Shown here in pieces: positions 1 to 9,284 of a DNA stretch of 64,000 bases (its first letter is position 1; every line of letters starts with the position of its first letter). The DNA comes from Nitrosopumilus sp. (GTDB taxonomy: Archaea > Thermoproteota > Nitrososphaeria > Nitrososphaerales > Nitrosopumilaceae). The position numbers and the translations under genes are program-made. A model generated the notes under the pieces. It had not been told where the DNA came from and did no database searches. It worked only from the letters and a program-made list of their open reading frames with translations. The stretch is from NCBI GenBank assembly GCA_965219345.1, contig OZ244732.1:64001-128000 (forward strand). The letters are read 5' to 3'.

Positions 1-801
1 ATTGGTGAAGTTTTCAAAGATATGAGAGACGAGATTGTTATTTCTACAAAATATGGTTATGATTTTAGAGGAGTAGAACAAATTGGGCATAGTGAGCTTC
101 CACAGAAATTTGATGAAGATTTTACAAGAATGGCATTAAGAAACAGTTTGCATAGATTACAAACTGATCATCTTGACATGTATGGTTTGCATAATCCAAA
201 ACTTAACCACATAAGAGATGATTCAATTTTTAATGTACTTGATAGTTTTGTCGCAGATGAAACCATAAAAACATATCAAGTAGCATTAGGCCCGGCTATT
301 GGTTGGACACAAGAAGGTCTTGAAGCAATGGACAGACCAAACGTTAGTGCAGTTCAAACAGTGTACAACATCTTAGAACAAACCCCAGGGAACGAGCTGA
401 TGAGAAAAGCTGAGGAAAAAAATGTTGGGATTTTAGTTAGAGTTCCAGAGGCATCAGGAATACTAACAGGAAAAGTAAATGCAGACACAAAAATTGATGA
501 AAAGGATCACAGATCAGTAAGAAAGGGAGAATGGATCAAGGCATCATTAGAAAAAGTTGAACGACTCAAACCAATTGCGGAAAGAAATGGATTAACCATA
601 ACAGAATTGGCAATGAAATTTATCATGACAAAGAAAGGATTTGCATCAGTATTTCCTACAATGATTAGTGAAGAAGAAATTATCAATTATGTAGAAATGA
701 CAAAAGGGGAATACATTTCAACCTCCGATATGGAAGAGATTAATGAATTGTACAATACATGGCCTTCGTATGAATTAAAGACAACACCTCAAGCGAATTA
801 A
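1..801 (+). CDS. Aldo/keto reductase (5' part lies outside the window)
   Basis: The motifs ISTKYG, SLHRLQTDHLDMYGLHNP, VQTVYNILEQ and SGILTGK are typical of AKRs. The reading frame is open from the window edge. Confidence 0.88.
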   Translation: MGEVFKDMRDEIVISTKYGYDFRGVEQIGHSELPQKFDEDFTRMALRNSLHRLQTDHLDMYGLHNPKLNHIRDDSIFNVLDSFVADETIKTYQVALGPAIGWTQEGLEAMDRPNVSAVQTVYNILEQTPGNELMRKAEEKNVGILVRVPEASGILTGKVNADTKIDEKDHRSVRKGEWIKASLEKVERLKPIAERNGLTITELAMKFIMTKKGFASVFPTMISEEEIINYVEMTKGEYISTSDMEEINELYNTWPSYELKTTPQAN

Positions 802-807
802 TCATAA

Positions 808-1146
808 ATGGTCATTCCAATAGATTCACAAAAAACACTAGAAATTATAGAGAGAATGAAGCTTGCTAAAATTGGCAAGCATAAAAGATGGGAAGCAATT
901 ATTAAAAAAATAAAAAATGAACAGTTGCTAAACCCTGGGGAACTCGAATATTATACAAATCTAACAAGGATTTACAAGGATTTAGCCATCACTAGTAGAA
1001 GCAAGATATATCATACAAAACTATCAATGCAAGATGAAAAGCCGCCATGCAAGATCTGTGGTAAAAATTCTCTATACTACTGTAACATGAATGATCAGTA
1101 TTTTTGTACAATTCATGTAGTTGGACATGATGAAAATGAATTCTAA
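808..1146 (+). CDS. Hypothetical protein with C-terminal Cys/His zinc-finger-like motif
   Basis: 112-aa ORF ending CKICG...YYCNMNDQYFCTIH. Confidence 0.7.
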   Translation: MVIPIDSQKTLEIIERMKLAKIGKHKRWEAIIKKIKNEQLLNPGELEYYTNLTRIYKDLAITSRSKIYHTKLSMQDEKPPCKICGKNSLYYCNMNDQYFCTIHVVGHDENEF

Positions 1147-2159
1147 GAAACAGGAATTGTTTCTTCTAAAGTAAAGGATTTTTCTACGAAATATTCAACT
1201 CGTGTTTTTTTGAATTCACGAGAACTAAAGAGAATGTCATAATCATCAACGTTGATTTGATCTTGTATTGTCTTTGCCACCTCATGTGCCTCACCATGAG
1301 TTTTACAATGAATCATTGAAAAGACATTGTATGGCCAGTCAGCATATGTAGGTCTCTCATAGCAATGACTAACTTGAGGAAATGCGCCTAGCTTTTCTCC
1401 AACTTCGGATATTCGGTCTTCAGGAACTTTCCAAACTATCATTCCATTTGCAGTAAATCCAATTTGTCTGTGTCTTAAGATTGCTGCAAATCTTCTCATT
1501 ACTCCAATGTCTTCATAATATTTCATCTTGTCAAACAATTCATTTTCAGTAATTCCAAGATTGTTTGCAGCCTTTACAAATGGTTCGTCAATAATTTCCA
1601 TGTCTTTTTGTAATTCACGGATAAAGTCTTTGTCTTGTTCAGTGGGTTCAAATTTTACATTTTTAATCTCTTTTTTTTCCTCAGTGGGTGCAACCTCATG
1701 TTTCTTTTCATCTACCATGTCAAGCTTTACACCAATCTTGAATAGTTGTAAAGTAGGAAGCATTCTTATTTTTTTAATTCCTTTTAGTACGTTAAACTTG
1801 TCAATCTCTGTCTTCAAATCAGAACCAGGTGGAACAGCTAAGGTAAACCAAAGATTGAACTGATGTTCACGTTCATAGTTATGGCTAACACCAGGGTGAC
1901 GATTAATTTGACTTGCTACATATTCTAGTTTGTCATGCTCAATCTCCATTGCAACTAGAGAACTTGTGTAACCAAGCTTTCGGGTATCAAAAATGGCACT
2001 TAGTTGTCTTAGAACGCCAATTTCTTTTAGGTTGTTTAGTCGTTCTTTGATAATTTTTGGGGTAGTATCAAATTTTTTAGCAATAGCATCAAAAGGTCTT
2101 GTTACAAGTGGAAATGTCCATTGAATTTCATTGAGTAATTCCTTATCCAATTCATCCAT
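1143..2159 (-). CDS. ahbAB: Siroheme decarboxylase AhbA/AhbB (NirDL/GH-like, Lrp/AsnC fold) fusion
   Basis: Two Lrp-like halves with VSHNYER and VSHCYER motifs. Divergent from sirC-hemA-hemB. ATG at 2159 preferred as start. Confidence 0.85.
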   Translation of the reverse strand: MDELDKELLNEIQWTFPLVTRPFDAIAKKFDTTPKIIKERLNNLKEIGVLRQLSAIFDTRKLGYTSSLVAMEIEHDKLEYVASQINRHPGVSHNYEREHQFNLWFTLAVPPGSDLKTEIDKFNVLKGIKKIRMLPTLQLFKIGVKLDMVDEKKHEVAPTEEKKEIKNVKFEPTEQDKDFIRELQKDMEIIDEPFVKAANNLGITENELFDKMKYYEDIGVMRRFAAILRHRQIGFTANGMIVWKVPEDRISEVGEKLGAFPQVSHCYERPTYADWPYNVFSMIHCKTHGEAHEVAKTIQDQINVDDYDILFSSREFKKTRVEYFVEKSFTLEETIPVS

Positions 2160-2262
2160 GGAAGTCAATATGTCAGTAACTCGTTCATTCAATTAAAAAT
2201 GTAGCTAGGATTTTACGCGTTGATTTTTAATACATAAATAGAAACTCAAATCCTTTTGATCG

Positions 2263-2916
2263 ATGATAGTTGATCTAAATCTTCATGATAAAACAATAAT
2301 TGTTATTGGTGGTGGAAATGAGGCACAAAAAAGAATCAATTCCTTGTTAAACCAAGATTGCAAGATTCTAGTAATCAGCGATTCTGTTAACTCACAAATT
2401 AACAAGCTAGTAAAAGCAAAAAAAATCAAATTGAAAAAACAAAAAATTCACGATACAAAATTTATTTCAAAGCTAAAACCAAATATGATAATTACAACTA
2501 CCAATAACAAAAGTCTTAATCAAAAAATCATCAATAGTGCAAAAAAAAGTAAGATTATTGCATATAGTTCTGATAATCCTGAAGACAGTGACTTTTCAAA
2601 TCCCGCTATAATTGATTTTGAAAATATGATTCAGATTGCAATTTTTACAGGTGGTCGTAGTCCAGCAATGTCAAAGAAGATTAGAATTCAATCAGAGAAA
2701 ATATTCAAGAAGATTATTACAAAAGAAGACATTATCCAAATCAAGATTCAAAAGATCGCAAGAAAACTAGCAAAAGAAAGCATCCCAACTCAAACTCAAA
2801 GAAGAGAATACATACGTAGTATCATGAATGACAATGAGATTGATCAATTAATAAAAGACGGTCAGTTGAAAAAAGCTGAAAAGAAAGCAATTACAAAAAT
2901 GAGGAATTGGAAATGA
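2263..2916 (+). CDS. sirC: Precorrin-2 dehydrogenase/sirohydrochlorin ferrochelatase (CysG N-terminal-like)
   Basis: VIGGGNEA nucleotide-binding motif, DFSNPA and IAIFTGGRSPAMS. Its stop overlaps the hemA start (ATGA). Confidence 0.85.
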   Translation: MIVDLNLHDKTIIVIGGGNEAQKRINSLLNQDCKILVISDSVNSQINKLVKAKKIKLKKQKIHDTKFISKLKPNMIITTTNNKSLNQKIINSAKKSKIIAYSSDNPEDSDFSNPAIIDFENMIQIAIFTGGRSPAMSKKIRIQSEKIFKKIITKEDIIQIKIQKIARKLAKESIPTQTQRREYIRSIMNDNEIDQLIKDGQLKKAEKKAITKMRNWK

Positions 2917-4178
2917 ATCAAAATATTATCAATGCACGTGTAACTTTTCGGAACTCACCAATCCACATTCTCGAGCAGTTTACAATAAAAAATGTGGAAA
3001 ATGCATATGAGCAATTTAAGAAGCATTCAGGATTAGATGAATGTGTAATTATTCAAACATGCAACAGGATTGAGTTGTTTGGTAAATCAAAAACATATGA
3101 TCTAGACAAAATCAAGAAGACATGGGCATTACTTACTGGACTTGAAGAAGACATATTTAATGAAAACCTGGAATTTGTTGAAAACCAAGAGGCACTACAT
3201 CATCTGTTAAAATTAACATCAGGATTAGATTCCGTGGTATTAGGAGAAGAGCAGATTCTGGGTCAGATAAAAAATTCCATTACTTCTGCTAGAAAGATAA
3301 AAGCATCTGGGCAACATCTTAACACTTTATTTGACAAGGCAATTAGAATTGGTACTAGAATTAGAAACTCTAGTGGAATTGGTCGTGGTGGAATTTCAGT
3401 TGGCTCCGTAGCAGTAAAGCTTGCAGAAGAAAACATTGATGAACTAAAGACAAAGAAAATTTTACTAATTGGATCTGGAGAAGTATCCACTCTTGTTGCA
3501 AAATCATTACAAAAAAGAGGATATGCCTTTGATGTAACAAGCAGAACAATTCAAAGATCACAAGGATTTTGTGAGACAATGGGAGGAAAACCAATCAAAT
3601 TTGAAGAAGTTCTTTCAGGATTTGAAAATTATGATGTGTTATTTGTTGCAACAACAGCACCATATTTTCTTGTAACATATGAAAAAATCATTGAGGCCAT
3701 GAAAGACAAGAAAAAGGGAATAATGATTTTAGATTTATCAAATCCAAGAACAGTAGATGAGAAAGTTGCAACTATTGGTGGCGTAAAATTGATGAATCTT
3801 GACCAAATTGCAGAGATGGTTGAAAAGAACATGAAGGCACGATTAAACAAAGTGAAAACCATTGAAAATATAATTAACGAGGAAGTATCTGTATTAGAGG
3901 CCTCAATGAAAAGACTAGATGCAGAACCACTTGTAAAAGACGTATTCAAGAATATAGATTATCTTAGGGAAAAAGAATTACAAAAAGCACTTCAAATGCT
4001 TGATGAAAAAGATGAGAAAAAGATCAAGATTATTGATGAATTAACAAAAGCAGTTGTTGAAAGCATTGTTTCAACTCCAATGAACAATATCAGAAAAGCA
4101 TCGGAGCAAGGCAAGCCTGATGTAGTGGAGCTAGCAAGCAAACTGTTTGACTATAAAAAACAGAATCAGGCAGACTAG
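2913..4178 (+). CDS. hemA: Glutamyl-tRNA reductase
   Basis: TCNRIE, SGLDSVVLGEEQILGQ and DLSNPR motifs. Confidence 0.96.
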   Translation: MNQNIINARVTFRNSPIHILEQFTIKNVENAYEQFKKHSGLDECVIIQTCNRIELFGKSKTYDLDKIKKTWALLTGLEEDIFNENLEFVENQEALHHLLKLTSGLDSVVLGEEQILGQIKNSITSARKIKASGQHLNTLFDKAIRIGTRIRNSSGIGRGGISVGSVAVKLAEENIDELKTKKILLIGSGEVSTLVAKSLQKRGYAFDVTSRTIQRSQGFCETMGGKPIKFEEVLSGFENYDVLFVATTAPYFLVTYEKIIEAMKDKKKGIMILDLSNPRTVDEKVATIGGVKLMNLDQIAEMVEKNMKARLNKVKTIENIINEEVSVLEASMKRLDAEPLVKDVFKNIDYLREKELQKALQMLDEKDEKKIKIIDELTKAVVESIVSTPMNNIRKASEQGKPDVVELASKLFDYKKQNQAD

Positions 4179-4209
4179 GATTATATTTTACCCAAGGAGA
4201 ATTTCTAAT

Positions 4210-5190
4210 ATGTCATTTCCTTCTAGACGTCTTCGTAGACTGAGAACATCGGAAAAAATGAGAGAATTGGTTCAACAGACCACACTTTCTCCAAAAGATT
4301 TCATTTGTCCAGTATTTGTTCAAGAAGATCTTAAGACTAGAGTTAAGATAGAATCAATGTCAGAAATTGAGAGACTTTCTTTAGATGACATTAATGATGA
4401 AGTTGGAACCATTAGTGATTTAGGAATTCCTGCAATCATGCTTTTTGGAATTCCAACCAAAAAAGATGACGCGGGATCTTCTGCATTTGATGATAATGGA
4501 ATTGTTCAAAAAGCAATTACTCAGATTAGACAAAATTTTGGAGATAAAATAGTGATAATGGCAGACGTTTGTCTCTGCCAGTTTACATCTACTGGACATT
4601 GTGGAATTATTAAGGAAGACAAGATTGAAAATGATACTAGTCTTGACACACTTTCCAAGATTGCTGTCAGTCAAGCAAAGGCAGGAGTTGATACTGTATC
4701 ACCATCTGCAATGATGGACGGTCAAGTTGCTGCAATAAGAAAGTCGCTTGATGAAGAAGGGTTCACAGATGTTTCAATAATGTCACATTCAGCAAAACAT
4801 CGTTCAAACTTTTATGCACCATTTAGAGATGCAGCGGAATGTGCACCAAAGTTTGGAGATAGAAAGACATACCAAGTTCCATATACAAACTCTAGAGAAG
4901 CAATGTTGGAAGTAGAAACAGACATTGGTGAAGGAGTAGATATTGTAATGATTAAACCTGCATTATCTTACTTGGATTTAATAGCAGAGACAAGAAGGAG
5001 ATTCAATATTCCTGTTGCAGCATACAGTGTTTCCGGGGAATATGCATTAGTAAAAGCTGCTTCGCAACTAGGTTATGTAAATGAAAAAGACATTACAGAA
5101 GAGATTCTATATTCAATTAAAAGAGCAGGGGCCGACATGATAGTAACATATTTTGCAAAATCAGCCTCAAGGTTTCTTCAAGAATCATGA
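4210..5190 (+). CDS. hemB: Porphobilinogen synthase
   Basis: RRLRRLR, DVCLCQFTSTGHCG, PSAMMDG, MIKPAL and AYSVSGEY motifs. Confidence 0.96.
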   Translation: MSFPSRRLRRLRTSEKMRELVQQTTLSPKDFICPVFVQEDLKTRVKIESMSEIERLSLDDINDEVGTISDLGIPAIMLFGIPTKKDDAGSSAFDDNGIVQKAITQIRQNFGDKIVIMADVCLCQFTSTGHCGIIKEDKIENDTSLDTLSKIAVSQAKAGVDTVSPSAMMDGQVAAIRKSLDEEGFTDVSIMSHSAKHRSNFYAPFRDAAECAPKFGDRKTYQVPYTNSREAMLEVETDIGEGVDIVMIKPALSYLDLIAETRRRFNIPVAAYSVSGEYALVKAASQLGYVNEKDITEEILYSIKRAGADMIVTYFAKSASRFLQES

Positions 5191-5498
5191 GAGATGACGA
5201 ACGTTATGAGATTCTAAGAGCATTTGACCAATTACCACATATTGTAGGCTCAGGTTGGGCAGTAGTTTGGTTCAGAATGAAAGGGATCAAAACACCCACA
5301 AGAGAAGAATATCGACAGAAAACTCTGGAATATCTAAAGATGATTGAGCCTGTCTTTGACTCTTATCCAAAAGATGAAGAATTTGCAGCTATTTGCAAGT
5401 ACATTGAATTTAGAAAAAATGATGCATATGAGAAGATAAAATCAGGAGAAAATGAAGAGGTTGAAAAGCGATATGACAGATATGTGGATTATGGCTAA
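5187..5498 (+). CDS. Hypothetical protein
   Basis: 103-aa ORF coupled to the hemB stop (ATGA overlap). Confidence 0.7.
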   Translation: MRDDERYEILRAFDQLPHIVGSGWAVVWFRMKGIKTPTREEYRQKTLEYLKMIEPVFDSYPKDEEFAAICKYIEFRKNDAYEKIKSGENEEVEKRYDRYVDYG

Positions 5499-6115
5499 AT
5501 TTCCTGTCTTAGTTGATTCAAAAATTCTCTTAGTATTCTAGTTCTCTTCTTTGCTTCTGCTTTTCCAGATTTTGTGTTCATTAATGGTTCTAGTTTGAGT
5601 AACTTTTGAAAGAAATGATCAACTGTCCAAGTTTTATCATCCAGAATTCTTTGTTTACAGAAAGGATCCTCAATGTTATAAAACGGTCTCTTCAGTGAAC
5701 CTCCTGTAGCAAAAACTCTTGCAATTCCTATTGCCCCTAATGCATCTAATCTATCTGCATCCTGGAGTATTTGTCCCTCAAGAGTTTTAGGAATTTTGTT
5801 TTGTGAAAAACTATGATCACGAATTGCATCTGAAATTATTGTAATTTCTTCTTTTGAAAAATCAAATTTTTTAAGTATCTTTTTTGATTTTTTTGCACTT
5901 TTAATTGAAGACATTTTTGAACGTTTGTCAGATTTTGGATATGATACTATATCATGTAACAAAGCAGCGCTTAGAACCAACTTTTCATTTGATTTTTCTT
6001 TTTTACAGATTTTTTTGGCATTTTTGTATACTCTCATAGTATGCTCAAAGTCGTGCGCAGAATCATTTTCCATTCTTTTTTTTACTTCATTTTTAAGAGA
6101 ATCAAGAACTTTCAT
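5495..6115 (-). CDS. HD-domain phosphohydrolase
   Basis: AHDFEH, ALLHD and LQDADRLDALGAIG motifs. Confidence 0.9.
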   Translation of the reverse strand: MKVLDSLKNEVKKRMENDSAHDFEHTMRVYKNAKKICKKEKSNEKLVLSAALLHDIVSYPKSDKRSKMSSIKSAKKSKKILKKFDFSKEEITIISDAIRDHSFSQNKIPKTLEGQILQDADRLDALGAIGIARVFATGGSLKRPFYNIEDPFCKQRILDDKTWTVDHFFQKLLKLEPLMNTKSGKAEAKKRTRILREFLNQLRQEI

Positions 6116-6736
6116 TTAGAATCTCCACAGTTTTGGTTTGATAAATTTTATTTTTCTCTGAGTGATTAAAATTGTCCAGTTTATTGATGCAAAAAGAACA
6201 ACTACCCCAATTCCAATACCATCAATTAATAAAATTCCAGTAAGACGGTCTTCGAAGATTTCCAGAAAAGGTGTCAAAACTGCATTTCCAAAATATATCA
6301 TAATAACATAAGATACGGTTCTGCCAAACCAAAATCCAATATAGATTCCAATACTTTTGGCACGCATTAACCCATATGTAATAAACAACATATTGCTTGG
6401 AAGTGGGGTAGCACCAAACAGAAAAGATGCTATGACATAACCATACTTTTTATGATTCAGATAATCTCCAATCATGTCAAGATTAGATTTTTGCTCTTCT
6501 GCAACAAATTTTCTAAAATATCCGCTAATCTTTTTTAGAAAAAATCGACCTATAGTTGCTCCAGTTGCACCTACCACTGCAAGAATGATGATATTGAGGC
6601 TAGGATCAAGAAGATAAAATGATGTCAAGACTATCCAGCTGGGCGGCATTAAGATTGGTGCAGCGTTTACTCCAATCAGAATTAGAAAAATTCCAAAATA
6701 CGAATATTCCCCAAAAATTTCAAAAATATCCATCAT
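6116..6736 (-). CDS. Membrane protein (DedA/VTT-like)
   Basis: Several hydrophobic helices, with GATIGR and ATPLPS motifs. Confidence 0.7.
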   Translation of the reverse strand: MMDIFEIFGEYSYFGIFLILIGVNAAPILMPPSWIVLTSFYLLDPSLNIIILAVVGATGATIGRFFLKKISGYFRKFVAEEQKSNLDMIGDYLNHKKYGYVIASFLFGATPLPSNMLFITYGLMRAKSIGIYIGFWFGRTVSYVIMIYFGNAVLTPFLEIFEDRLTGILLIDGIGIGVVVLFASINWTILITQRKIKFIKPKLWRF

Positions 6737-6876
6737 CTTTCTAAGATTATACCACTTTTTTTATTTCTAAATCCTTGGATTTGGAGTCAGTCATAAAAAA
6801 ATTTCATTATGATCTATAAAATTAAAAGAATTACATGCTTTTCAAAACAATGATCATGTATTGTAATAAATTGGAT

Positions 6877-6884
6877 CAATTGTT
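6877..6884. repeat. 8-bp direct repeat CAATTGTT, left copy (putative target-site duplication)
   Basis: Identical to 29089-29096. Abuts the GGTTCTCCC terminus. Confidence 0.85.
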
Positions 6885-6944
6885 GGTTCTCCCATACGAA
6901 ATCGTCTCTTATCCTACTGCGGGCCATTCTCAGTGTGCTTTGCT

Positions 6945-8033
6945 GAATCAGGACATTTCTGATTTGTCTTGCATCTTCTTATACTTTCTTTGCGTCAGCT
7001 CATGATTCTGTGTGCGGTATTCTTCCATGTTTGTTAGCATGTACCAATTATCTCAGGCATCTGCCTTGCAGCAGCTGCAGCTGCTGCAGCTGCTATCCTT
7101 GCCTTTTGTTTTCCTCTCCTTTTTGCAATTCTCAAGTAAAATGATTCCATCCTTGGATCAAATCGTATCGTAGTATTTGCAGCCTCCTCTACCTTGCATT
7201 GCGCAACCATGCAGAACCCCGTTTTGTTATTCCGCCTCCTTTTTGTGTTTTCCAGTCCCTGTGCGATGGTGCAAGTCCCGCATGAGACGAGTTTCTCTGC
7301 TGTTGCAAATCCGTTAATGTCAACTATCTCTGAGATTATTGTCAGTGCCGTGACATAACTTATTCCAGGGATTGTCATGACTAACCTTGTTCTTTCATCC
7401 TCGTTGCTAATTGTAGCAATTTTTGTCTCAAATGTGCCAATCTGTTTTTGATTCATATTGATATTTTCAAGATATGCATCCATTGCCATCCTGTCAACTT
7501 CGGTCAGATTGATTTCATGCAGCCATCCGTTCCTTTCTGTGAGAAGGTCTTTATTGTCGGTTGGGTGTAATCGTATTTTGCAAGTATTGCATAAATCATG
7601 TTTTTGTGTTTTGAGACACTTTGTACACGATTCAGTCTTGTTCTTGCCAGACTGCGCAGGTCCCGGTAGTATTTTTCTGGCACAAATGACTCATACACCA
7701 TCATGTCCGATCTTAGCAGGTCCGCCAATACGTCTGAATCAAGCTTGTCGTTTTTGAGTTTTGCCTGTGCTATTATTTGGTCTTTGCAGGGTGTGCAAGA
7801 ACGGTGTCAATGCCGTTATCCTCTAATGTGTCATGCAGTCTAATCCAATAGTTGGCAGTTGATTCACACACTGCCTGTATGTCTTTACCATATGTCTTTT
7901 TGATGTGTTTGATAAAACCCATTATTCCATGTGTGGTGTTCTCAAAGCTTGACTGTTCTAGCTTTTTTCTAGTATCTTTTTTTATTGTTGCAACGCAGTT
8001 TTTCTTATGAACGTCAATTCCCATGCTGATCAT
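6945..8033 (-). pseudogene. IS110 (DEDD) transposase pseudogene with several frameshifts
   Basis: Split across ORFs 7773-8084, 7504-7728 and 7034-7489. ATG at 8033 is preceded by AGGAGGTGA. The 3' end is approximate. Confidence 0.88.
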
Positions 8034-8217
8034 GTTATCACCTCCTTTCTGATCAAATTGCCTGATAAAGCGGAATGCTCCCATTTACCATCATCATCTG
8101 TGTGTGGTATTTTGTTTTCCGCTCGCTTTGAGTCAGTCTGTCAAACGCCCTTGTACATGGCAGTAACCCTTCGACTCTCAGGCCCAATAGTAACAATACA
8201 TCACAGGATATAGAAAA
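8034..8217 (-). ncRNA. Candidate IS110 bridge-RNA region (non-coding end upstream of the transposase)
   Basis: About 180-nt non-coding stretch between the subterminal inverted repeat and the transposase start, where IS110 bridge RNAs are encoded. Its structure was not computed. Confidence 0.4.
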
Positions 8218-8287
8218 GATTTCGTATAACGTCTGTCAACTTATCGTATCTTCTTCCAAGTGTTAACATACGTCGCTTTCTGAAAAA

Positions 8288-8362
8288 TGCGGGCAGCTGG
8301 ATTTGACCCCACGTCTTTCCATTCGCAGAAGAACATCTTAAACCAAGCTAGGCCATACCGGC
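8288..8362 (-). pseudogene. Degenerate tRNA gene (Gly-like acceptor end; anticodon loop CTGCGAA)
   Basis: The minus strand reads GCCGGTATGGCCTAGCTTGGTTTAAGATGTTCTTCTGCGAATGGAAAGACGTGGGGTCAAATCCAGCTGCCCGCA. It has tRNA length, a D-loop TGG and a T-loop-like GTCAAATCC, but mismatched stems. Confidence 0.6.
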
Positions 8363-8497
8363 AAAAATGAAAATTGCCCACATTCTGCGAATAGGCACTG
8401 CCATGCCCAATGAGAGGCGTTTGTCCTTACCGTGATTTATAATTACACGGGACGCAGGACAAAATGTGTCGGGACACGCTTGTTTTGTAAAAGTAAA

Positions 8498-8890
8498 TTA
8501 TAAAAAGTTATTACTCGAAATTTTTACTGATACTTGCATTTTGGATGATTGTTTTCCACTTGTTATCACCCCTGTCCTCAATTCCCGCCCTATCTGCCGG
8601 AGTATCGCCATCCAATCCGCGTGAGGTCCAATATAATTATGATATAACTTGATTCCCGTAATGGCTGGTGAATCATCTTTTTTTAATCCTCCAAAGATCT
8701 TCTCACGATCCCCGAACTCTCCGTTTAATCTTTCTTGGATATTGTTGTTTGCCACTTGATTTCTAAAATGAACTTCCTTGACATGTTTGCTTGGCTTGTG
8801 CAGAAAATTCTTTGGAGCATATTTTTTTTTTTTTTGAATGCATCGTTGTAAGCTGGCAATCCATCTGTGACAATAACTCCGGGAATACAT
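8498..8890 (-). pseudogene. DDE transposase C-terminal remnant (IS6/IS240-like)
   Basis: NNNIQERLNGEFGDREKIFGGLK...YHNYIGPH resembles the E-motif and YNxxRPH of IS6-type DDE enzymes. Disrupted at a T14 run (8822-8835). Confidence 0.65.
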
Positions 8891-9110
8891 GTTCCAAACA
8901 TAATGAATATGGCAGAGTCTACAAATGAATCAGTGATATTCCTTGGAGTATCAACTATGGGGCTGCCGGTAGGGGTGTATGTTTATCTCCGGCATTTAGC
9001 CTACAGGATACAAAAAAACAATCCTCCGTAACGATAAGATTCCAGACCAAAGACAGTGTCATGCGTGACGTAACCATACAGGCAAACGCGATTGCGGCTT
9101 TCTCAGTACC

Positions 9111-9284
9111 GTACATACACACGCACACACGCACACACGCACACACGCACACACGCACACACGCACACACGCACACACGCACACACGCACACACGCACAC
9201 ACGCACACACGCACACACGCACACACGCACACACGCACACACGCACACACGCACACACGCACACACGCACACACGCACGCGCAC
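9111..9284. repeat. (GCACACAC)~20 microsatellite; uninterrupted alternating purine-pyrimidine tract
   Basis: Read directly from the sequence. It abuts the stop codon of the giant gene. Confidence 0.95.

Larger units (their letters stand above)
6885..8230 (-). mobile_element. IS110-family insertion sequence, full length but degenerate
   Basis: Transposase pieces GIDVHK, VCEST, LHDTL, DLLRSD, ARTR, TIPGI. Subterminal inverted repeat ATACGAAATC (6894-6903) / GATTTCGTAT (8218-8227). The right boundary is approximate. Confidence 0.85.
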
